Of a DNA stretch of 51,382 nucleotides, positions 37,763 through 45,130 are shown piece after piece. Every line of letters begins with the position of its first letter. Within the stretch, counting starts at the first letter, position 1. The position numbers and the translations under genes were made by a program. This DNA comes from Verrucomicrobiia bacterium. Its GTDB lineage: Bacteria; Verrucomicrobiota; Verrucomicrobiia; Chthoniobacterales; CALDSX01. The notes below the pieces were generated by a model. The model did no database searches, was not told the DNA's origin, and saw nothing but the letters and a program-made list of their open reading frames with translations. The DNA lies in NCBI GenBank assembly GCA_036804205.1, contig DAIRSW010000003.1, positions 1 through 51,382 on the forward strand, written 5' to 3'.

Positions 37763-38134
37763 TTATCCAATTCCTCGCTTAATAAGGTCGTCTTCTTCAT
37801 AGCCGAGGTAATGTCCTAGCTCGTGAAGAAAGGTCAGCTGCACCTCGTCTCGAAATCGCTGCGCATCTGCCTCAGCTTCCCACCAAAGGTTTTCTAAAAA
37901 CAAAGTAATCCGCGGAGGCAATTCACCTTCCCCTGCCAAATAATCTTCTCGGCCTGGTCCTTCAAAAAGCCCGAGCAGGTCTTCCTCCTCGGGATTGTTC
38001 TCATCGGCTTCCCACTGATAAATAAGGGTTACTTCTCTGGCAAAAGGTCGCAGCGTCTCGTCGAGCTGGGCAAAATATTCGACCATGGCGTCCTCCGCCC
38101 AAGATTCCAACTCCGCTGGCAAATCATCATCCAT
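37763..38134 (-). CDS. small metallopeptidase-family (minimal zincin, DUF1025-like) protein
   Basis: 123 aa, very acidic, with a C-terminal HELGHYLG zinc-binding motif. Confidence 0.65.
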   Translation of the reverse strand: MDDDLPAELESWAEDAMVEYFAQLDETLRPFAREVTLIYQWEADENNPEEEDLLGLFEGPGREDYLAGEGELPPRITLFLENLWWEAEADAQRFRDEVQLTFLHELGHYLGYEEDDLIKRGIG

Positions 38135-38942
38135 GCAGCTCTCCTTCCTTCATTTCGATCAGAGCGTAGGCGTTGTGGTTATGAATGCTCTCGAAATTCT
38201 CTGCCTCCACGCGATACCAAGATATGCGCGGATCGTGCGAGACTTTGATAGCAATGGCTCGAACTAAGTCTTCGACAAAAACCGGGCTGTCATAGGCCTT
38301 CTCGGTCACCACTTTTTCATCCGGTCGCTTCAGGAGGCTGTAAAGTTCACTGCTCGCGCTGGACTCAACCATCTCAATCAGCTCCTCAATCCACACTAGC
38401 TTCTGAGCCCTCACCGACAAGCGCACTTCACCTCGTTGATTGTGAGCGCCTTGGGTACTGATGGCTTTTGAGCATGGACACAAAGTCGTTACCCCTACTT
38501 TGACGGTGGTCACCAGATCAAAGTCTTTTGGCCCAAGCGTTGCATCAAATGTGGCAACATAGTCCATCAGGCCCACGGCTCCAGTGGCTGGGGCAGACTT
38601 TTCCATGAAGTAAGGGAACTCAACCTGCACATGAGCTTCCTGAGCGGCCAGGCGGTTTTTGAGTTCCTGACAAAGCTCCTTCACGTTGTCCACATCAAGC
38701 AGCCGCCCGTGACTATTGAGCACCTCCACAAACCGGCTCATATGCGTGCCTTTAAAGTGATGTGGCAAGTCCACCGTCAGAGCTACGGTAGCGACCGTGC
38801 TTTGCACATTGTGATCGCGATCTCGAACCCGCAAAGGAAAACGCAATTGCCTGACTCCAACCCGGTCGATCGGGAGATTTCGTGAGTCGTGAGAGTTTTG
38901 GGTGTCTTCAAGTTGCATAGTCGAGCCAAAAAGAATCTTCAT
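38127..38942 (-). CDS. folE2: GTP cyclohydrolase I type 2
   Basis: PIDRVGV..LRFPL, KGTHMSRFVEVLN, CPCSK and GAHNQRG motifs. It overlaps the downstream zincin gene by 8 nt. Confidence 0.85.
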   Translation of the reverse strand: MKILFGSTMQLEDTQNSHDSRNLPIDRVGVRQLRFPLRVRDRDHNVQSTVATVALTVDLPHHFKGTHMSRFVEVLNSHGRLLDVDNVKELCQELKNRLAAQEAHVQVEFPYFMEKSAPATGAVGLMDYVATFDATLGPKDFDLVTTVKVGVTTLCPCSKAISTQGAHNQRGEVRLSVRAQKLVWIEELIEMVESSASSELYSLLKRPDEKVVTEKAYDSPVFVEDLVRAIAIKVSHDPRISWYRVEAENFESIHNHNAYALIEMKEGELHG

Positions 38943-38966
38943 CGGATGAAATCACCTGTGCAAGGT

Positions 38967-39335
38967 CTATGTCAGCACCTTGCGCCCAAAAGAATGGCCG
39001 ATCCAAACGGCAAGGACAGAGACAACAACGGTAAAAAGCATGTATGCTAGGCCAATAAAAACCTCTGATCGCTCGACAAATACAGCGCTCTGTAGGCTCA
39101 GCAGGGAAAAGGATGTGAATCCTCCGCAAACACCCGTCGCCAGAAACGCGCGCCATCGACCGCTCAATGCTGCCGCAGCTAGAAAACCGACCACTCCAGA
39201 ACCCAGTGCATTGACCAGCAATAAGCCCCACGTGCTTTCTATCGGGGATTGCACTATGGCCAGCCTGAGCAGCCCACCGAGACTGGTACCTAGGAAAACG
39301 GCGAGTGAATAAACGAGAAATTCGGGCCGTTTCAT
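38967..39335 (-). CDS. crcB: fluoride channel CrcB/Fluc family protein (copy 2)
   Basis: 122 aa with four TM helices. Motifs GGLLR, LLVNALGSGVVGF and GGFTSFS. Confidence 0.8.
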   Translation of the reverse strand: MKRPEFLVYSLAVFLGTSLGGLLRLAIVQSPIESTWGLLLVNALGSGVVGFLAAAALSGRWRAFLATGVCGGFTSFSLLSLQSAVFVERSEVFIGLAYMLFTVVVSVLAVWIGHSFGRKVLT

Positions 39336-39342
39336 AGTAAGC

Positions 39343-39705
39343 TCAACCGGCTAAGGCTAAGCCAAGCCACGCAGCTCCCAGGCAAGCCATTGCCGAACCG
39401 CTAACGTTGGCCAGCGCAAGGGAAACTCGGTTGTTTTGCAGTAACACCAAAGTCTCGAGAGAAAAGGTTGATACTGTGGTGTAACCTCCCAAAAAACCGA
39501 ACAGCACCACTTGATAAAGGAATTCCCCTCCTGGCCCGACAAAGCCTAAGGCCAAGGCGGCGGCCATTGAACCGGTGGTGTTGATCGCAAAAGTGGCCCA
39601 CGGAAAAGACCCCGGCTGGCATGGGAAAACGTGCCCGATCGCAAAACGACACCATCCTCCCAACCCTGATGCGAGAGTGGTGAATACCATGACAAGGCCA
39701 TCCAT
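39343..39705 (-). CDS. crcB: fluoride channel CrcB/Fluc family protein (copy 1)
   Basis: 120 aa with four TM helices. Motifs GGWCR, FAINTTGSMAAAL and GGYTTVSTFS. Confidence 0.8.
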   Translation of the reverse strand: MDGLVMVFTTLASGLGGWCRFAIGHVFPCQPGSFPWATFAINTTGSMAAALALGFVGPGGEFLYQVVLFGFLGGYTTVSTFSLETLVLLQNNRVSLALANVSGSAMACLGAAWLGLALAG

Positions 39706-39777
39706 CTCGTTATCCGGTCGAAGGTGAGAGATGTTTTGTCCCTGCTGTCCGGACTTGGAGCCAGGAAGGCCTGCTGC

Positions 39778-41637
39778 TTAGGATGACTTGGAAGCGCGTT
39801 TTCTTACGTTCGCGTCCAGAATCTTTTTGCGCAGTCGCAATGCCGAAGGTGTGACTTCGACAAACTCGTCGTCCGCAATAAATTCCAGGGACCGCTCCAA
39901 GCTTAGTCGTACCGGCGGATCAAGCATGATGCCTTTTCCGTCACCTTGGCTACGCATGTTGGTCAGATGCTTGGCTTTGCAAGGGTTCACGATCAGATCG
40001 TCGGCCCGCGAGTTTTCGCCCACCAACATGCCTTCGTAAATGCTTTCGCCCGCGCCAACAAAAAGCGTGCCACGTTCTTGGGTGCTACTCAAGGCGTAGG
40101 CCGTGCTCACACCGGTCTCCATGGCCACCAGGGCTCCGCTCTTGCGGCTTACGATTTCACCCTTGAATTTAGTATACTCCTTAAAGATATGGCTCATGAT
40201 GCCCATGCCTTTGGTCAGGTTAATCAGCTCCGTTTCAAAACCGATCAAACCACGAGTGGGCGCCAGCGCTTCCACCGAAACAGTGGTGGGATGGTGATGC
40301 ATGTTGGTGACTTCACCTTTTCGCGCCGCTAAAGATTGTAAAACATCACCAAGATTCTCGGAGGGCACTTCCACATACACAATCTCAAGAGGTTCCAGCA
40401 CGGCACCGTCTTCGCCTTCTTTAAAGATAACTGTTGGTCGAGAAACCAGCAGCTCAAAGCCTTCGCGACGCATGCTCTCCACCAGCACCGCAATCTGCAT
40501 CTGCCCGCGTGCACTCACTGCAAACACGCCGGCCGTCTCGGTTTCTTCTACGGACAACGAAACATTGGTCCGCGTTTCCCGAATCAAACGCTCCCGAATG
40601 TGGCGAGCAGTGAGAAACTTTCCTTCTTTGCCGGCCATCGGACCGTCGTTCACCGCGATCCGCATTGAGATGGTTGGTGGATCAATGAGAGTGTATGGCA
40701 GGGGCGAAAGCTCTGGGTTGCTATTCAGGGTGTCTCCAATAAAAACTTCCTCAAATCCGGTCAGCCCGATAATATCACCCGCGTCGGCATCTTTGATGTC
40801 GATCCGCGCCAAGCCTTGATGGCCAAACAAAGCGCTCACCGTGCCTTTGAGCCGCGATCCATCAGTGCGGTGGAGGTGCAACACGTCACCCACCTTGACT
40901 TTTCCGCTGACGATCCGCCCTAGGGCGATTCGTCCCAGGTAGTCGCTGTAGTCAAGATTGGAGACCAGCATTTGAAACTCCGGACGATCTTCCACCCGTG
41001 GCGGTGGTACTTCGCGCACAATAGCTTCGAATAAAGGCGTCATATCCACCCGCTCATCTTCCAGCTCCTTCACGGCATAACCATCGCGTGCGCTAGCGTA
41101 AATGACCGGAAAATCCAGCTGCTCATCCGTGGCATGCAGTTCCAGGAACAATTCAAAAACCATGTCCAACACCGCATGGGGTCGAGCGTTTTCGCGGTCG
41201 ATCTTATTGATCACCACCACGGCGCGCGCGCCGTTTTCCAGAGCTTTGCGCAGCACAAATTTGGTTTGCGCTTGGGGCCCGTCATGCGCGTCCACCAAAA
41301 GAAAAACCCCGTCGATCATCTTCATGATCCGCTCCACTTCCCCTCCGAAATCGGCGTGGCCTGGAGTATCAACGATGTTGATGTGATAACCGTTCCAATC
41401 GAAAGACGCGTTCTTGGCTTTAATGGTAATGCCTTTTTCGCGTTCCAAATCCATAGAATCCATCACCCGCTCTTCGACCTTTTGATTCGAGCGAAAAGTT
41501 CCGCTTTGACGCAATAGCGCATCCACCAAAGTCGTTTTGCCATGATCAACGTGGGCAATGATGGCGATGTTACGCATTTTGACCTTGTCCTTGGTATTCA
41601 CGGGATCGGCTTGTGCGGGAAGGGTTGAGGTGCTCAT
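39778..41637 (-). CDS. typA: translational GTPase TypA/BipA
   Basis: RNIAIIAHVDHGKTTLVDALL, NIVDTPGHADFGGEVER and VINKIDR. I chose the ATG at 41637 (MSTSTLPA...); the tracked ORF begins at 41745. Confidence 0.93.
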   Translation of the reverse strand: MSTSTLPAQADPVNTKDKVKMRNIAIIAHVDHGKTTLVDALLRQSGTFRSNQKVEERVMDSMDLEREKGITIKAKNASFDWNGYHINIVDTPGHADFGGEVERIMKMIDGVFLLVDAHDGPQAQTKFVLRKALENGARAVVVINKIDRENARPHAVLDMVFELFLELHATDEQLDFPVIYASARDGYAVKELEDERVDMTPLFEAIVREVPPPRVEDRPEFQMLVSNLDYSDYLGRIALGRIVSGKVKVGDVLHLHRTDGSRLKGTVSALFGHQGLARIDIKDADAGDIIGLTGFEEVFIGDTLNSNPELSPLPYTLIDPPTISMRIAVNDGPMAGKEGKFLTARHIRERLIRETRTNVSLSVEETETAGVFAVSARGQMQIAVLVESMRREGFELLVSRPTVIFKEGEDGAVLEPLEIVYVEVPSENLGDVLQSLAARKGEVTNMHHHPTTVSVEALAPTRGLIGFETELINLTKGMGIMSHIFKEYTKFKGEIVSRKSGALVAMETGVSTAYALSSTQERGTLFVGAGESIYEGMLVGENSRADDLIVNPCKAKHLTNMRSQGDGKGIMLDPPVRLSLERSLEFIADDEFVEVTPSALRLRKKILDANVRKRASKSS

Positions 41638-42001
41638 AAGAGATGAAACGGGAGTGTGAGAGAATAGAAGCGACGCGAAAGTATCGGAACAGTGTGATCG
41701 CTTAGGTTGAGGGCGATCAAAACATTGCGGAAGGCCTTGCTTCACAAAACTCTGTGAAAGGCAAAAAGGCGACCTAGGAGGGGGACGCTACGAGCGGCTA
41801 TTGTCCCACAGCCGCCCCATTCGTCAACCAGTAAGTTGGGCGGGGCGATTTATCCCTCGCTACGAGGCGTTGCTCCGCACGATCTGCTTTACCGAGCACA
41901 GGCGAGCGTTTTCGCAAATCCAGAGCTGCTGCTTACCGGGCTCGGCATCGCCGTGGGCCCTGATTCGCGGTTGCCCCATGTGGCTTAACCTCCCTGTGGG
42001 T

Positions 42002-42424
42002 CTACTCAACCGTAAACATCACACGAGAGGTTTTGCCGCCGAACGCAATGTTCATGCCATAAAGACCAGGATCGAGCTTGCTGCCATCCAGGGTATTGTC
42101 GAGTTTCACGGTCTTTTCTCCGTTCTGGTTAAGAATGATCTTGGTCTTCGCTGCGGCGTCCTCCGTAACTTCGCCCGTTTCCAGAACAGGGAAGACGTTA
42201 ATGACGATCGATTCCCCTGCTCCTACAACCTCAATTTCGGCATTTGCTGGGACTGGGTCTTTTACTTTTGCAAATATAGCGAGCTCAGGATTCGTTTCTT
42301 CGATCACCGCAAGCTGACCATTGACCTTGACGTCAAACGGATAGATTGGGGCGCGGAGTTGCTCGGCGTTTAGAATCGGTGCACACAGACTGATTAAGAA
42401 AAGGCTTGGCTGCAGCAAAGGCAT
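42002..42424 (-). CDS. hypothetical secreted protein
   Basis: 140 aa from the ATG at 42424, with signal peptide MPLLQPSLFLISLCAPILNA. Composition is beta-rich. No family recognised. Confidence 0.5.
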   Translation of the reverse strand: MPLLQPSLFLISLCAPILNAEQLRAPIYPFDVKVNGQLAVIEETNPELAIFAKVKDPVPANAEIEVVGAGESIVINVFPVLETGEVTEDAAAKTKIILNQNGEKTVKLDNTLDGSKLDPGLYGMNIAFGGKTSRVMFTVE

Positions 42425-42651
42425 CAGGGTTTTTGTTGTCACGAAAGAAGATTCGTCTTCCCAGGTTCTCCGCGTCAATCCCATTATTGTTACAAAATCG
42501 CTCCGCTGGCCTGATGTGCTGCCTGATATTTTGGGACTCTCGGTAGTCATCGTATCGGCCATTCATCTTTATTGCCGAAACCCATTCCTCGAGTCGTGAT
42601 ATTTCACAACAGAGACCCATACGGGATCATCTGGCGTTGCGAAGCTCTCGC

Positions 42652-42690
42652 CGGCGAACCCGCGTAGTTTGCTTTTGCGGCCTTTCGCCG
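42652..42690 (+). promoter_or_regulatory. 5'-leader hairpin immediately upstream of the SPS-like gene start
   Basis: CGGCGAA-CCGC ... GCGG-(cct)-TTCGCCG ends 12 nt before the ATG at 42703, next to an AAGGCAGGGG Shine-Dalgarno-like element. The function is speculative. Confidence 0.3.
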
Positions 42691-42702
42691 CTAAGGCAGG
42701 GG

Positions 42703-44046
42703 ATGATGAAAGAACGTAAAGAGGGTAGGAAATTTTTGAAAAAACGGGCGCCGCGCATCGCCATGGTCTCGACCCATGGCTACGTCGCCGCGAGTGCCCC
42801 GCTTGGTGCGCCCGATACTGGGGGGCAAGTGGTGTTTGTTTTGGAGTTGTCCAAAAAATTGGCTCAGCTCGGCTATCAAGTCGATATTTGGACTCGACAA
42901 TTTGAAGATCAAGCCGCCATCGAACCGGTGGATGACGGGGTGCAAATCATTCGCATGCCTTGCGGGGGTAAGGAGTTTATCCCTAAAGAGTATCTTTATA
43001 AAAAATTGCCGGAATGGGGCGAGAACGCTCTGCGCTTTATCCAAGAAAAAGGGTATCAATACCAATTCATCAATAGCCACTACTGGGATGCGGGTTTAGC
43101 CAGTCAACATCTAGCCGAAGTGTTGGATGTTCCGCACATTCATACGCCGCATTCGATTGGCAGCTGGAAGCTGGAACAAATGTCGCAGGATAGTGATCGC
43201 TCCACAGAAGAATTGGAGAGGCAATTTAATTTTTCTCGCCGGATCCATCATGAAACGAATTTATATCGCGAGTGTCAGATGGTGGTGGCGACGTCCCCGC
43301 CCCAATACGACCGGATCTTAAAGCAATACGAGGTGCCCAAGGCAAAGGTCAAAATGATCCCGCCCGGCTATGACGATAACCGGTTTTTCCCGATGAGCGA
43401 AGAGAGTCGGCAAGCGCTGCGACAACAGCATGGCTATGAAGGGGCGGTGATTGCTTCGATCGGTCGCTTGGCGCGGAATAAAGGGTTTGATCTGCTGGTG
43501 GATGCGTTTGCGGTGACCCATGCCCGCGAAAACCTCGCCCGGCTCCGGATTGCCTGTGGGGTGGAATCGTCTGACCCTGGAGATAACGAAATTTTTGCCG
43601 AGATGCAGGCAAAAGTGAAACAGCACGGTATTGAGGATGTGGTCAAGTTTGCGCCTTCTCTAGCTGACGAAGAAATGGCCGACTTTTACCGGATGGCCGA
43701 TGTGTTTGCTTTATCGAGTCGCTATGAACCGTTTGGAATGACCGCGATCGAAGCGATGGCTTGTGGCACGCCCACTGTGGTCACCACGCATGGTGGGTTG
43801 TATCGGGCTATGGACTTTGGGCAGCACGCCCTCTATGCGGATACCCTGGATGCGCAGGAGTTTGGGGTGACCCTACTCCAAGTGCTGAAATATCCGCGCT
43901 TACGCCAGAGGCTGGCGCGTGAGGGAGCGCATCGGGTGCGGAGTTTGTTTACTTGGACCGGGATTGCCCAGCAATTGCTCAGTGCGGTCGAAGCAAGGAC
44001 CTCGCCCACTTTCCAATTATCTGGTATTGAGGATGCTTACGGCTGA
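42703..44046 (+). CDS. sucrose-phosphate-synthase-like glycosyltransferase (GT4)
   Basis: The N-terminus RIAMVSTHGYVAASAPLGAPDTGGQVVFVLELSKKLAQLGYQVDIWTR is characteristic of SPS or mannosylfructose-phosphate-synthase type enzymes. A C-terminal EPFGMTAIEAMACGTP motif is also present. No phosphatase domain is fused. Confidence 0.7.
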   Translation: MMKERKEGRKFLKKRAPRIAMVSTHGYVAASAPLGAPDTGGQVVFVLELSKKLAQLGYQVDIWTRQFEDQAAIEPVDDGVQIIRMPCGGKEFIPKEYLYKKLPEWGENALRFIQEKGYQYQFINSHYWDAGLASQHLAEVLDVPHIHTPHSIGSWKLEQMSQDSDRSTEELERQFNFSRRIHHETNLYRECQMVVATSPPQYDRILKQYEVPKAKVKMIPPGYDDNRFFPMSEESRQALRQQHGYEGAVIASIGRLARNKGFDLLVDAFAVTHARENLARLRIACGVESSDPGDNEIFAEMQAKVKQHGIEDVVKFAPSLADEEMADFYRMADVFALSSRYEPFGMTAIEAMACGTPTVVTTHGGLYRAMDFGQHALYADTLDAQEFGVTLLQVLKYPRLRQRLAREGAHRVRSLFTWTGIAQQLLSAVEARTSPTFQLSGIEDAYG

Positions 44047-44846
44047 GCGGGCTCCGTGGCGGAAGGTTGGACCGCTTTCGTAGATTCTTCGGTAGGCGGG
44101 ATATGCGCTGACGTGGTTTTCCAAAGCCGCATCGCTAAGCGCCCGAGTGCCCAGGTGAGCCCAAGAGAAAATAAAAGCCCCGAGATCCAGATGGCATGCC
44201 CTTGCCAACCGAGGTCGAGGGTGCCGCGCATCCATTGCACTCCAAGATCACCCAGGCTGCCAAGATACGCGTAGAGGAGAAGGCCGGGAGACTGGCCTAT
44301 GGCAATCCAACCGAGGCAGGGCCAGAACTTAATGCAGGTTGCCCCATAAAGATAGTTGATGAGGCTAGTGGGGAAAAGGGGGTTAAGCTGACTGAGCACC
44401 ACAATTTTGCCTCCTTCCTTAGCGATAGCTGTATCGAGAGAACTCCAACGTGGGGTGTGAAGAAAGCGTTTCTCGACAAAGCGCCTGGCATAACGGCGGG
44501 TGATGGTGATGGCCACCGCCGCGCCTAGGGTCGTGCCTAGCAAAACCAGCACCCAGCCTTGCCAGACTCCAAAAAGATACCCGGCTACCAGACTGATAAT
44601 GCCTCCCGGTAGCAAGAGAACATTGACCAAGGCTAACGCAAAGGGAATGATTAGCAGGGCGAGAAACCCAAAGGACTGGGCTTTATGCTTGAGCTCCTCC
44701 GCCCAGGTGAGGAGGGGAAATTCTCGAGCCACCCAAATGATGCCAACAAGAAAAGCTGCCACGATGAGACCTTGCCCGACACGAACAGTTTGCCGAACGA
44801 GGTTACTTGCCGCAGGCACGGTGATGGGTGGGAGTGGCTCGTTCAT
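44037..44846 (-). CDS. TVP38/TMEM64 (DedA-related) family membrane protein
   Basis: LLPGGIISLVAGYLFGVWQG...LGTTLGAAVAITITRRYARRFV. Its end overlaps the SPS-like gene by 10 nt in convergent orientation. Confidence 0.7.
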   Translation of the reverse strand: MNEPLPPITVPAASNLVRQTVRVGQGLIVAAFLVGIIWVAREFPLLTWAEELKHKAQSFGFLALLIIPFALALVNVLLLPGGIISLVAGYLFGVWQGWVLVLLGTTLGAAVAITITRRYARRFVEKRFLHTPRWSSLDTAIAKEGGKIVVLSQLNPLFPTSLINYLYGATCIKFWPCLGWIAIGQSPGLLLYAYLGSLGDLGVQWMRGTLDLGWQGHAIWISGLLFSLGLTWALGRLAMRLWKTTSAHIPPTEESTKAVQPSATEPAQP

Positions 44847-45130
44847 GCTGGAGCAATGGGATAAAATCAGACGGGCAGGATCAGGAGCTTGAAAAAAAAA
44901 TTTACAAAATTTGCCGAGCCAGCAGACGCCCCGACTAGCAAACGAAACAGTTGCTAAGTAAATAAAGCATAAGCATTAACGACGTTGTCCAATACGGGTT
45001 GAGGGCAAAAGCCAGTTAGAGTTCTCCCACAGGTTTGTAGGGCTTCGCAAGCTTGATTGTTGCAGAAAATCCAAGCCTAGCTCATACTGGATAGGTCCCA
45101 TTCATGCAGTTTGTCCCTTAGTCCTCCCCT

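Noticed and set aside
39706-39777. Fluoride riboswitch upstream of crcB
   Set aside because: The spacer is only 72 nt. The conserved crcB-motif elements (GGnGAUGG...AACCGCC...CUGAUGAU) are not present on the minus strand.
41801-42373. 190-aa plus-strand ORF
   Set aside because: It is antisense to the signal-peptide protein at 42002..42424 and extends through a non-coding spacer. Its Cys/Arg-rich composition is implausible for a protein.
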